From the NCBI GenBank assembly GCA_963727825.1, contig CAVSHO010000009.1, positions 544,001 through 608,000 on the forward strand: DNA of 64,000 nt. The letters run 5' to 3'. The position numbers were made by a program, and so were the translations under genes. The notes beneath the pieces were generated by a model. That model ran no database searches, had not been told where the DNA came from, and saw only the letters and a list, made by a program, of their open reading frames with translations. The DNA is from Ignavibacteriota bacterium (lineage in GTDB: Bacteria > Bacteroidota > Ignavibacteria > UBA10030). Shown one piece after another: positions 28,580-38,748 of the stretch (the first letter of the stretch is position 1; each line of letters begins with the position of its first letter).

Positions 28580-28695
28580 AGGTTAGAGATTTGGTGATTG
28601 CACAATTTGAAATTGTTTAATTGCCTGTTGTTCATTGCTGTCTTCTGTTTCTTGAATTCTATTTTCTAAATTTTGACTTCTGAGTTTCATCTAAA

Positions 28696-29865
28696 ATGTT
28701 CTCTTCCCGCACAAAGTGGAATATGGTTCCCAATCAACTCTCCGAATTGGTTGTGGCAAAACAACAACGCGGCGAGGTTATTACTGACCTGACAGAATCA
28801 AATCCTACTTGTTGCGGATTCTCCTATCCCGAAAAAGAAGTTCTCGCCGCTCTGGCCGATAAATCATCATTGTTGTATCAACCGGAGCCACACGGACTTC
28901 TCATTGCACGCGAGGCAATAGCAAAATACTACGCATCGTTTGGTGTCACAGTAAGACCAGAAAATATATTGCTTACTGCGAGCACAAGTGAAGCTTATTC
29001 GTTTCTTTTCAAACTCCTTTGTAATGCTGGCGATGCAATAATCGTTCCTCAACCAAGTTATCCGCTATTCGAATATCTTTGTCAGCTTAACGATGTCGTA
29101 CTACAACATTATTGTCTGGCGTATGATGGCGAGTGGCATATTGATTTCGAATCACTCCAATCGACTTTCACAGACCGTACACGCGCCATTGTTATCGTTC
29201 ATCCAAATAATCCAACTGGTTCATACTTAAAGCAAAACGAATTTGAGCTGGTGTGCACATTTGCCGCTGAACACAACTGCTCTATTATTGCTGATGAAGT
29301 ATTCGGACCTTATAATTTTTCCTCAGACCCTAACAGGGCAAGTATCTCAACATCGAATACTTCTATTCTATCTTTTTCGCTCAATGGTATCTCAAAACTT
29401 CTGGGACTTCCGCAATTAAAACTCTCCTGGATTGTTGTTCGTGGCAATTCTCAACAGACAGATGAAGCGCTGAGCCGGCTTGATATTATTGCCGATACGT
29501 TTCTCTCCGTCAACACGCCTGTTCAAGTAGCGCTGCCAAAACTTTTTGAGCACTCACAATTCATCAGAGAACAAATCCGCACGCGAGTACACTCTAATTA
29601 TCACTTACTCCAAAAAAATCTTAAAGATTCGGAGGTTTCGGTGTTTCATTCAGAGGGCGGATGGTATGCCATTCTTCAACTTCCACAATTCCAAACAGAC
29701 GAAGAATGGGCAGTTGAATTACTACGTCAACAAAATATTCTTGTTTATCCCGGGCATTTTTTTGATATAAAGCAAAAGTCCTGCATAGTAATTAGTTTGC
29801 TGCCTACTTCGGAACTCTTTACCAATGCTTTATTACAAATTCGATCGATTATCGAACAATTGTAG
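28696..29865 (+). CDS. PLP-dependent aminotransferase class I/II
   Basis: HPNNPTG, IIADEVF, NGISK (PLP-binding Lys). Confidence 0.92.
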   Translation: MFSSRTKWNMVPNQLSELVVAKQQRGEVITDLTESNPTCCGFSYPEKEVLAALADKSSLLYQPEPHGLLIAREAIAKYYASFGVTVRPENILLTASTSEAYSFLFKLLCNAGDAIIVPQPSYPLFEYLCQLNDVVLQHYCLAYDGEWHIDFESLQSTFTDRTRAIVIVHPNNPTGSYLKQNEFELVCTFAAEHNCSIIADEVFGPYNFSSDPNRASISTSNTSILSFSLNGISKLLGLPQLKLSWIVVRGNSQQTDEALSRLDIIADTFLSVNTPVQVALPKLFEHSQFIREQIRTRVHSNYHLLQKNLKDSEVSVFHSEGGWYAILQLPQFQTDEEWAVELLRQQNILVYPGHFFDIKQKSCIVISLLPTSELFTNALLQIRSIIEQL

Positions 29866-29989
29866 CCATCCACGAATAGCGTAAGCCACGTTATGTCGAA
29901 AGTCATCGATATTTTGCGATTTAATTTTCACTCCCTTGACAGCTCTAAAACAACAGTTGACCATCATACAAAACATTTTTAGACGGAGG

Positions 29990-30018
29990 TTGACTCTTTT
30001 GGTTTTTTCGTCTACTTT
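29990..30018 (+). promoter_or_regulatory. Sigma70-type promoter
   Basis: TTGACT-17 nt-TACTTT. Supports ATG 30052 (AGGAG RBS) rather than 30022. Confidence 0.6.
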
Positions 30019-30051
30019 CGTATGGATGTTTTTCATATAGGAGAATTTCTT

Positions 30052-31449
30052 ATGCCTTTGCCATTGCTGAAACCCGAAGAACGAAATGCCCGTGTTTCCG
30101 CTTTACTACACCAGGTGGATGAAGCTGTGAGAGCACAAAAGCTTGATGAGGCGCTGGATCGTATCCGTAAAGTTTATGAATTTGACATTAAGAACATCTA
30201 CGCCCGCGCATATGAAGAACGTATTCTCGTAATGATGATGGAGAAAGAGCGCGAGGTCACAATGCGGGAAGTAAAGCAACAAGCCGCAGAACAAATAGAT
30301 CAAGAGGTAAAGAAACGACTTAAAGATTTCTACAAACAACAAGAACTTGAGTCACAGAAGCGCAAACAAGAAGAAAAGACGGAACAAGCTTTGGAAGATC
30401 GTGCGCGTAAAGCATCAGTGAATGAAGTGCAGGAGGTAGCGCACAAAGATATTAATGCTATTGAAAAAGATACTGCGCGAAGAATTGAAGAGCTTGAAAA
30501 AAGATTGATTGCGCAATTTCAGCAAACAGCCCCGGCAACGTCTTTTATCGCTGCTGGAGCTGGTACCGACAGTATACGGACAGAGTACGAAGCAAAACTT
30601 CAACAATATAAGACCGCTGAAGAAGAGCGAAAGAAAATTCAGGAAGAAGCGTTCCTCAGAATGAAAGAGGAGCAGAAGCGCGCACAAGACGAATTGATAC
30701 ATCATATGGAAGAAGAGCGAGATGCGCTGTTAGAGCGTGAGCGCGAAAAGTCAAAACAGCGAGAACTTGATTCATACCGAACAACGATGAAATTGATGAT
30801 GCAGTTGGCTGCTCCTGCAGAAATACAGTCTTCACTGTTACAATCGCTTAAAATTTCATTCTCCATAAGCGACACAGAACATATGGAAGCAGAACGCTCT
30901 GTACAGGTAAATGCTTATGTTGATGCAGTGCGCAAACTCTGGCAAAGCGGTAATCCACCCGAGGAAGATTTAATGCATCTCAAAAATCTGCAGCAATTTT
31001 TTAATATATCAGATGATGAACATGTTTCTATTACAAAACGTACAAAAAAAGAATTGGGTATACCGGACGATACAGCTGTCATCGTTGTTATCGATGACGA
31101 TCCATCTATCCGTAAATATGTAGAGCATATTCTCAAGAAAACGTACAAGACCGTTATAACTGCAGCCACAGCGGAGACCGCTTTGCCGGAGATACAGAAA
31201 GTTACACCGTCTTTGATTATCAGCGACGTCAACCTGGGTGTTGGTATGATGAGCGGTTTCTCTTTTTATGAAAAAATTGCTGCCGGTACATACGGCGCAG
31301 AATTAAAAATTGTTCCGTACGTATTGATAAGTTCCCTGGAAGACGAGTTCTTTGTGCGAAGCGCCAAACAAATGGGCGTCAAAGCGTACCTGGCAAAACC
31401 GTTCACGCGTGAATCATTAGAAGCAACGGTGAAAAACGCACTTGTATAA
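30052..31449 (+). CDS. Coiled-coil protein with C-terminal response-regulator receiver domain
   Basis: Long E/K/Q-rich coiled coil. Receiver motifs VIDDD, IISDVNL and YLAKPF. Confidence 0.9.
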   Translation: MPLPLLKPEERNARVSALLHQVDEAVRAQKLDEALDRIRKVYEFDIKNIYARAYEERILVMMMEKEREVTMREVKQQAAEQIDQEVKKRLKDFYKQQELESQKRKQEEKTEQALEDRARKASVNEVQEVAHKDINAIEKDTARRIEELEKRLIAQFQQTAPATSFIAAGAGTDSIRTEYEAKLQQYKTAEEERKKIQEEAFLRMKEEQKRAQDELIHHMEEERDALLEREREKSKQRELDSYRTTMKLMMQLAAPAEIQSSLLQSLKISFSISDTEHMEAERSVQVNAYVDAVRKLWQSGNPPEEDLMHLKNLQQFFNISDDEHVSITKRTKKELGIPDDTAVIVVIDDDPSIRKYVEHILKKTYKTVITAATAETALPEIQKVTPSLIISDVNLGVGMMSGFSFYEKIAAGTYGAELKIVPYVLISSLEDEFFVRSAKQMGVKAYLAKPFTRESLEATVKNALV

Positions 31450-31467
31450 TGGAGAGTATTTTATTGC

Positions 31468-33303
31468 ATGAATATTCTCCATGTCCTCTCTCAGTTTGAG
31501 GTAACTGGTGCGGAGGTGTATGCAGTTACACTTGCTTCTGCACAGCGACGTCACGGGCATTCAGTCACTCTCATTTCTGACACATTACACTTTCCTTACG
31601 AAGGCTGTGTCATCTCGCAGGCAATCGGAAACAGATCATACCTTCAACGATTACGGAACATAGCATTTCTTATTCATCTAATTCGAGAAAAAGACATTCA
31701 CATTGTGCATGGGCACTCGAGGGCGGCAAGCTGGGTATGCAATCTCGCAACACTCTTCACCGACAGACCGTTTGTTTCCACAGTACATGGTAGGCAGCAT
31801 TTGCATTTGAGCAGCAAAGCTTGGAGAATATACGGAAAGAATATTATCATGGTAAGTGAAAGTTTGAAAGAACATCTTGTTCAAGAGCTTCATTTAAATC
31901 ATAAACATATTTCAACTATTCCAAATGGTTTTGATACTGAACGCTGGATTAGCACGGCATCTGCACAGTCGGATTTAAATGTTTTCGGAGTGCCCCCTGA
32001 GATTCCTATTCTTCTCTTTATTGGAAGATTTTCTGGTCCAAAAGGCGATGTTGTAAGATTTCTTATTTCCGAAGTCTATCCTGAATTGGCTAAGAAAACT
32101 CCTTGCTCCCTGCAAATTATTGGTGGAATAGCCATCCCGTCGGATATTTTACAGCGTGTTCAGGAAATGCAGAAACGTTTTGGCAGTACAAGTGTAGTGG
32201 TCAGAGAATTTCAATACAACATCATTCCTTTTCTTCGTGCCGCTACAGTTGTTATTGGATCTGGACGCGTCGTAATGGAATCGCTCATGGCTGGAAAGTT
32301 TACTATTGCCTTCGGCGAAAGTGGTTATGAAGGATTAGTCAATCCAAACAATTATGAAGCAGTTCGTCTTACAAATTTTGGTGATACAGGAATTCAGAAA
32401 TCAACAAATACTGGATTAATTGTGCAAGATCTCGCTGCAATTCTCAACAAACAACAGACAATTGGAGATGCTCAAATATTGCAGAAACGAATACAAGAGA
32501 CATGCGATATCAAATTCATCGAAAGGAAGATAGACTTTGTTTGTCAGTCGGCTATTGCAGAAAAAAAATCTCCTATTTCCATTCCCGTGTTAATGTATCA
32601 CCGTGTCGTACCGGAAGTGCCAATAAATTCACACCACGGTATTTGGATCACAGCACAAAACTTTGATCAAAATCTTATTTCACTCAAACAGCGTGGTTAT
32701 TCATCGATCACATTTGAACAATACCAGCTTTTTCTCAATTGTGAATTCACATTGCCAAAGAAGCCTGTTATCCTGACTTTTGATGACGGATACGAAGATA
32801 ATTACACTTACGCTTTTCCGTTGTTGAAGAAATATGGATTATCGGCTGTGATTTTTCTTGTTGCTGATGCAACGCGGCGAACCAATTTCTGGGATATTGA
32901 CGAGCCACAGGCATCGTTATTGAACAACAAACAAATACGTGAGATGTCGACGGCAGGGATTGAATTTGGTTCCCATACCATTACACATCCGCATCTTCCT
33001 CAATGTTCATCGGAGCAGATTAGAAAAGAATTTATTGAATCAAAACAGGTGATCGAACAACTGACGGGAAGAGAAGTTATTTCTATTGCATATCCGTATG
33101 GTGCAGTCAACGAAATAATCAAGTCTATTGCAGCTGAAACTGGATACAAATTTGGCATTGCGACAAACAGCGGTCCGCTTAAGTTTTATAAAGATTTTTT
33201 CGAGATTCGCCGTATACAGATTTTTCCATGGACTGACAGGTCGGGTTTTTGGAAAAAAACACAGCAGTGGTATTTAAGTTACAAACAAAGGAAATCAATT
33301 TAG
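31468..33303 (+). CDS. GT4 glycosyltransferase-polysaccharide deacetylase fusion (WavL-like)
   Basis: N-terminus MNILHVLSQFEVTGAEVYA, HGHSR, STVHGRQ. CE4 motifs LTFDDGY, GSHTITH and AYPYG. Confidence 0.88.
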   Translation: MNILHVLSQFEVTGAEVYAVTLASAQRRHGHSVTLISDTLHFPYEGCVISQAIGNRSYLQRLRNIAFLIHLIREKDIHIVHGHSRAASWVCNLATLFTDRPFVSTVHGRQHLHLSSKAWRIYGKNIIMVSESLKEHLVQELHLNHKHISTIPNGFDTERWISTASAQSDLNVFGVPPEIPILLFIGRFSGPKGDVVRFLISEVYPELAKKTPCSLQIIGGIAIPSDILQRVQEMQKRFGSTSVVVREFQYNIIPFLRAATVVIGSGRVVMESLMAGKFTIAFGESGYEGLVNPNNYEAVRLTNFGDTGIQKSTNTGLIVQDLAAILNKQQTIGDAQILQKRIQETCDIKFIERKIDFVCQSAIAEKKSPISIPVLMYHRVVPEVPINSHHGIWITAQNFDQNLISLKQRGYSSITFEQYQLFLNCEFTLPKKPVILTFDDGYEDNYTYAFPLLKKYGLSAVIFLVADATRRTNFWDIDEPQASLLNNKQIREMSTAGIEFGSHTITHPHLPQCSSEQIRKEFIESKQVIEQLTGREVISIAYPYGAVNEIIKSIAAETGYKFGIATNSGPLKFYKDFFEIRRIQIFPWTDRSGFWKKTQQWYLSYKQRKSI

Positions 33304-33335
33304 AGGGGATTACTGTTTTCTAAAAAAATGCTGGT

Positions 33336-34100
33336 CTAGATCCGTTCGCATTGGTCAGCGGGAATCCATCCGATCTTTCCGTCAGCAAGCGTAACTTTCA
33401 CCCACTCACTGACTGCATCAGTTAATTTCACTTTCACTCCTTCATGAATTACGAAAGCATCGACGGCTTTTGCGTCTGGAGATGATTTCGCCGTAACAGT
33501 CTGCGCTGTGATTATGGCTTTGTCCTGTACTGTATCCCGAAATGATTGAATACCTAACATAGCAACGGAGAGCGTTACCAACGCAATTGCAATAAAAAAC
33601 AAAATACGCATTGCACGAAGAACTCCCGGACGTAGAACCAAGTACATCGTTCCAAGCGAACCAAACAGCAATACCCAACTAAAAATAAAAATAACGCGAA
33701 CAATTTCAGACGGCATTAGAGATCCAACGGCGCGCAACCATTGAATTAGAAACATATCAGGCACAGCTTCGATGCGATCAACTGTTTTCAAATATGCTAA
33801 TTTTAAATTGTGCTCTATATCTGGATCATTTGGGTGTAACTGTGCCGCACGCTCGTACGAAAGAATCGCTCGTGCAAGCTGACTATCGCGATAATATGCG
33901 TTGCCTAGATTGAAGTACAGCTCGGCGCTTGATTTGCCTTGTTTTATTATGCTTTCATATTCTTTTGCCGCTTCCTGATATTTACCGGCGCGATATAATT
34001 CATTGCCGCTATTGAAAACATTATCCGGAGATTGTGCCAACATCGCACGATTTAAGAATACGATTACACCTATTAACAAAATCAGGTGCTTGTGTTTCAT
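33336..34100 (-). CDS. batE: BatE-like TPR + SH3 protein
   Basis: TPR YFNLGNAYY, two TM helices, C-terminal FVIHEGVKV...GWI. Confidence 0.88.
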   Translation of the reverse strand: MKHKHLILLIGVIVFLNRAMLAQSPDNVFNSGNELYRAGKYQEAAKEYESIIKQGKSSAELYFNLGNAYYRDSQLARAILSYERAAQLHPNDPDIEHNLKLAYLKTVDRIEAVPDMFLIQWLRAVGSLMPSEIVRVIFIFSWVLLFGSLGTMYLVLRPGVLRAMRILFFIAIALVTLSVAMLGIQSFRDTVQDKAIITAQTVTAKSSPDAKAVDAFVIHEGVKVKLTDAVSEWVKVTLADGKIGWIPADQCERI

Positions 34101-35938
34101 GAATTACCTCGCTTGCCAAACGACTGTTCAATACTGTTGATGGCATTAGCGGCGACATCGAGCAGTTCTTTACGTGCATCCGTCGTATCTGATCCAGGCG
34201 CATAGCGGACAAATTCCGCACGCTCCATGCATGCCTTCAATGATTGAACGACTTCTTCATTTACACCGTTTTGCTTTAAATGCACTACTGCTTCCTCCAT
34301 TACAAATTTTGCTTTTGGTGTACGAAGTTTATGTTCAAGATACTCCATCAGAGCTCTTAGAATTTCTGCGTGATAACTTTCAGTGTTACCTTGTTCAAGC
34401 AATGCACGTGCTTTCTTCAAGCGGCGTGTTGCTTCGCGACCGGCTGTCTCAAACAAAAGCCGCGGCATATCGCCATAAATCTTTTCCATCCGTTTACGGT
34501 AAACCCAAGCACCGACAAATGCAAATGGCGGCAGAATAATTACAAACATAAACCACCACGAAGATTTGGTTTCGTCCGCACTTTGCAGATGACCGATGGA
34601 GAGTTTTAGGAACCGAATATCTTCCCCAAGCATCCGCACATCTTCTTTTGCAGCCAAGCTGATACCGGAACTTGAAAAATCTTTTCCCGGCGCAATAGAG
34701 AATTCAAATTTTGGCGAGTGAAGAGCGACGTATTCTTTCTTATCAAGATCGAAATATACAAATTGCATCGGTTCTAGTACACGTTGACCTGCATTTCTCG
34801 GTATTAAGAGATACTCTGCTGTTTTCTTTCCACGAATGATACCGCCATCACGCGAAATTTCTTCTGAAATCTTTGGATCGTACGATTCCATATCGGCTGG
34901 GAGCTGCGGTTTTGGTAATGTCACTAACTTAATGTTACCGGAACCCAGTACAGAAACGCGTAACGTGATAGGATCTCCTGCCTTAACGTTTCGCGTGTCT
35001 ACGCTTGCATTAAAAGCGAATCGTCCGATTGCACCAGAAAATCCGGATGGTGCATTCGTCGGAATCGGATCAACAATAATTGTCAATGGATTAGACTTCA
35101 CATCCATATTCACGGTTTGTACTTGCTGAAAAAATGGGTCATTAAAAAACTGATCGAATGGATCATTGCTGCGCCGTTTGGATTGCACTTGTACCGCACA
35201 GCGAGCTTCGAGCGGTGCAATTTTCAGACTGCCGGCTTGTGTTGCAAATAGCGCTGTTTTCTTTATTACGACCGTACGATATTGCTTACCGTTCAACACT
35301 TCTGTTGTTTGAGTCGGTTGCTTTGGCATCTCAAAATCCTCGCTCCAAAATCCATCAAACGTCGGCGCTTTTGCCAGATTATATCCGGTCACAGAGACGC
35401 GCGTGTACAACTTGAATGTAACGCTCAATTGTTCACCCTGCCGCACGCGTTGTTTATCAGCAAAAGCTTTGATTATAAGATTGTCGCCTGCTTCGACGGC
35501 GGATTGATTAGACTGAGATTGCTGTTGTTTTGGTTTTCCTTGCGAGACCTCTATTTGAATTGGTTCAGACTTCAGTTTCTTGCCTTTATATTCAATCGTT
35601 GCTGAGCCAATTGTTATTTTTCCTGATTGGCGCGCATATAAAATATATGTATAACCGATAGAAGCCGACATTTTGCCGTTAACCCATTGCATATTTGTCG
35701 ATTGATTCGGGCCGGATATCACAACGAATTGTCCGAAATCCGGAGCTTTAAAATCCCTCACACTGTTATAATCGCTTCCATCAAACGTGAAGGTGACCCG
35801 AAATTGTTCACCTGCTGCAATTTGCGATGGTTCTGCTGAAGCAATAAAGGTGCCATCCTGCGCAAAGGAAACGGATGCACCGACACATAATGCCATCCCA
35901 ATAAAAAGAAATAGATATTTTTCAATTCTATTGAACAT
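34097..35938 (-). CDS. batD: BatD family protein
   Basis: Signal peptide, SGPNQSTNMQWVNG, FSGAIGRF, GSGNIKL, C-terminal TM and FVRYAP. Confidence 0.9.
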   Translation of the reverse strand: MFNRIEKYLFLFIGMALCVGASVSFAQDGTFIASAEPSQIAAGEQFRVTFTFDGSDYNSVRDFKAPDFGQFVVISGPNQSTNMQWVNGKMSASIGYTYILYARQSGKITIGSATIEYKGKKLKSEPIQIEVSQGKPKQQQSQSNQSAVEAGDNLIIKAFADKQRVRQGEQLSVTFKLYTRVSVTGYNLAKAPTFDGFWSEDFEMPKQPTQTTEVLNGKQYRTVVIKKTALFATQAGSLKIAPLEARCAVQVQSKRRSNDPFDQFFNDPFFQQVQTVNMDVKSNPLTIIVDPIPTNAPSGFSGAIGRFAFNASVDTRNVKAGDPITLRVSVLGSGNIKLVTLPKPQLPADMESYDPKISEEISRDGGIIRGKKTAEYLLIPRNAGQRVLEPMQFVYFDLDKKEYVALHSPKFEFSIAPGKDFSSSGISLAAKEDVRMLGEDIRFLKLSIGHLQSADETKSSWWFMFVIILPPFAFVGAWVYRKRMEKIYGDMPRLLFETAGREATRRLKKARALLEQGNTESYHAEILRALMEYLEHKLRTPKAKFVMEEAVVHLKQNGVNEEVVQSLKACMERAEFVRYAPGSDTTDARKELLDVAANAINSIEQSFGKRGNS

Positions 35939-36013
35939 ATTTTTATGCTGTTCTGTTTTGCTGTCAGCCTTCAGCTTTTCGCTTTTCCTAATGACCGATA
36001 ACCAACAGTTATC

Positions 36014-37753
36014 TTACCAATCCTTTTCCACTTTCACATGTACTGCTTCCCGCTTGCGAAGATTTTTCTGAACTTCCTTTTCGTTATTGCGCATTGCATC
36101 TAAAATTCTATCCGCTTCTTGTTTTGGCATTTGATTCTTCTGCTGCATTTGCTGACGTGTTTGATCCTGTTTTGCCTCTTCTTGCTTTTGTTGTTGGTTC
36201 TGTTGCTGATTCTGTTGTTGGTTTTGCTGTTGATTTTGTTTTTGCTGGTCTTTTTTCTGATCCTGTTTCTGATCTTTTTTCTGCTGTTTTTGTTGTTGCT
36301 GCTGTGCTAATTTTGCGCGTGCCATTTGCAGGTTGTAGCGTGTATCTTCATCGTTCGGATTCAGGCGAAGCGATTGTTTATATGCATTGATCGCTTCTTG
36401 ATATTTATTGGATTGATAGAGCGAGTTACCAGAATTGTAATATGTTGTAGCTCGTTCTTCAGGTGATTTCATCGAAACGCCAGAATTGCCGTATTCCCGC
36501 TTCGCCTCATCGTAACGTTGCTGTTTATAATACGAATTTCCAAGATTAAATTGCGCTTCTTTCGATTTTGGACTTTTTTCTAATGCTTTTTTGTATTCCA
36601 CTTCAGCATCAGTATATTTGCTTTTATCGTACACGCGATTGCCTTCACTAATAAGGGAACGCACTGTCTGCGCGTTAACGCTTCCAGACAAAATTGCAAG
36701 CATGAATGCAGTTGCCGCAATAGGTAAAAGTCTTTTTAACCAAGCGGCTAACTTAGTCCGTTTTTCAGAAAGCATCACTTCGATTATTAAAAATAGAATC
36801 GCGAATGCCAATGGATATTGATACCGCGTTTCATATTCGCTTATTTGCTTTGTTCCAAATTCCACTTTTTCTAATGAAGCTAATTCTTTGAAGATGTCGC
36901 CGATCTCGTTACCGCCGCTCGTAGCGCGATGATAGGATCCGCCAGTCATGGAAGCAATTTGCTGCAACATTGTTTCATCTAATTTGGACAGGACTATGCT
37001 TCCCGATTGATCGCGCTTATAATCAACGCGGACACCGTTTTGATTAAGAACAGGAATTGGTCCACCCTCCGGTGTTCCCATGCCTACAGAATAAATCCGA
37101 ACACCCGCTTTCTTCGCATCTTCTACTGCGCCCATTACATCGCCTTCGGTATTTTCACCGTCGGAAACAACCACAATAGCTTTCTGCGTTGGAACATCCT
37201 TGAAAAAAGATTTAAGCGCAACTTCTATTCCACTGCCTATCATAGTGCCAGGCACAGGTACTGCATTTACATCAATAGCAGATATAAATAAATCAGCTGC
37301 AGCGTAATCAGCCGTAAGTGGAAATTGCACAAACGCATCACCTGCAAAAACAACCAGACCGACACGATCGCCCGAAAGTTTTCTTAATAAATCCGATACA
37401 TCAAGCTTAGCTTTTTCTAATCGGCTCGGCCGTATATCTTCTGTCTTCATGCTTAAAGAAACATCTAAAACAACAAACAGATCGATGCCCTCGCGTTTTA
37501 CTTCTTCAAGACGCGTACCAACTTGCGGATTTGCAACTGTAAGGATCAAACATGCAATTGCAAGTAATACGAGCGTTTGTTTTATTATGCGCATTACCCA
37601 ACTTGCTTCAGGTGCAAGCTGTGGAATTAGGGTTTCGCCGATAAAGCGGCGCAATTGTTTTCTTTGCCATAAATTTAAAAAGAAGAATCCAACGCCAAAA
37701 GCGGGAATCAAAAGCAAAAACCAGAGATATTCAGGATGTTCAAATCTTAGCAT
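36014..37753 (-). CDS. batB: Fused BatB (VWA) and BatC (TPR, Gln-rich) protein
   Basis: MIDAS DVSLS, SDGE, TPRs, poly-Q linker and C-terminal EKDW typical of BatC. Start ATG 37753. Confidence 0.88.
   Translation of the reverse strand: MLRFEHPEYLWFLLLIPAFGVGFFFLNLWQRKQLRRFIGETLIPQLAPEASWVMRIIKQTLVLLAIACLILTVANPQVGTRLEEVKREGIDLFVVLDVSLSMKTEDIRPSRLEKAKLDVSDLLRKLSGDRVGLVVFAGDAFVQFPLTADYAAADLFISAIDVNAVPVPGTMIGSGIEVALKSFFKDVPTQKAIVVVSDGENTEGDVMGAVEDAKKAGVRIYSVGMGTPEGGPIPVLNQNGVRVDYKRDQSGSIVLSKLDETMLQQIASMTGGSYHRATSGGNEIGDIFKELASLEKVEFGTKQISEYETRYQYPLAFAILFLIIEVMLSEKRTKLAAWLKRLLPIAATAFMLAILSGSVNAQTVRSLISEGNRVYDKSKYTDAEVEYKKALEKSPKSKEAQFNLGNSYYKQQRYDEAKREYGNSGVSMKSPEERATTYYNSGNSLYQSNKYQEAINAYKQSLRLNPNDEDTRYNLQMARAKLAQQQQQKQQKKDQKQDQKKDQQKQNQQQNQQQNQQQNQQQKQEEAKQDQTRQQMQQKNQMPKQEADRILDAMRNNEKEVQKNLRKREAVHVKVEKDW
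36160..36310 (-). repeat. Gln-rich coding low-complexity repeat (NQQQ units)
   Basis: QQQQKQQKKDQKQDQKKDQQKQNQQQNQQQNQQQNQQQKQ, degenerate 12-nt units. Confidence 0.8.
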
Positions 37754-37755
37754 AA

Positions 37756-38748
37756 TTATGGATTTTTTCTTAACACTGTCGTTGTTAATGTAACTTCCAA
37801 CACGACTGCCAGCAAACCTACAAGCAGCCATCCGCCGAATAATTCCGAATAACGTTTGTATGCAGTTACTTCAATTTTTGTTTTCTCTAGTTGGTCGATT
37901 TCTTTATAAATGGTTTTTAGAGTTCGATTATCTGTCGCTCGAAAATATTTCCCGCCCGTCATCTCTGCAATTTGCGTCAATCCTTTTTCATCTAAATCAA
38001 CTGGAATTAATTGCCTGCGAATTCCAAACTGTGTTTGTACGGGATACGGCGCTTCGCCCACGGCACCAACGCCAACTGTATAAATACGAACGCCATATGT
38101 TGCCGCAATTCTTGCCGCAGTTATCGGATCGATCTCACCGCGATTGTTAACACCGTCCGTCAGTAAAATCATGACTTTGCTTTTTGCTTTGCTATCTTTT
38201 AATCGATTAACGCCATTGGCAATAGCAAGTCCGATGGCGGTACCATCTGCGATCATTCCATTATTCACTTCACGCAATAAATTTTTCAGTACTGGATAAT
38301 CTGTTGTGAGCGGGCATTGTGTAAAACTTTCCGCAGAGAAAACTACAAGTCCGATGCGATCATTTGTACGCCCGTCGATGAATTCCGATGCAACCTGCTT
38401 TGCTGCTTCAATGCGATTAGGGCTGAAATCTTCGGCTAACATACTGCCGGAGAGATCAAGTTCCAATACGATGTCGATTCCTTCCGTTGAAATATTCTGT
38501 TTGTTCGATACCGACTGTGGACGCGCAAGCGCAATAATAAAAATTGCAATCGATAGCAAACGCAGTGCAAGAGGAATATTGCGTAGTCGTTCACGCAATG
38601 TTTGCGGAATGTTCTTAAGAATTTGAAGTGACGAGAACTGTAACATTACGACCATTTTTTTTCGGCGCCACCAAAGATAATAGCCGATTGCAGGCAGCAA
38701 CAGAAATAACCACAGAAATCCAGGATTGGCAAACTTATCACCCAACAT
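37756..38748 (-). CDS. batA: BatA VWA domain protein
   Basis: FANPGFLWL, ALARPQ, MIDAS DLSGS, GTAIG, LLTDG. Start ATG 38748. Confidence 0.93.
   Translation of the reverse strand: MLGDKFANPGFLWLFLLLPAIGYYLWWRRKKMVVMLQFSSLQILKNIPQTLRERLRNIPLALRLLSIAIFIIALARPQSVSNKQNISTEGIDIVLELDLSGSMLAEDFSPNRIEAAKQVASEFIDGRTNDRIGLVVFSAESFTQCPLTTDYPVLKNLLREVNNGMIADGTAIGLAIANGVNRLKDSKAKSKVMILLTDGVNNRGEIDPITAARIAATYGVRIYTVGVGAVGEAPYPVQTQFGIRRQLIPVDLDEKGLTQIAEMTGGKYFRATDNRTLKTIYKEIDQLEKTKIEVTAYKRYSELFGGWLLVGLLAVVLEVTLTTTVLRKNP

Noticed and set aside
36094-36390. Leu/Val-rich plus-strand ORFs resembling membrane peptides
   Set aside because: Antisense shadow of the poly-Gln region of batB/C.
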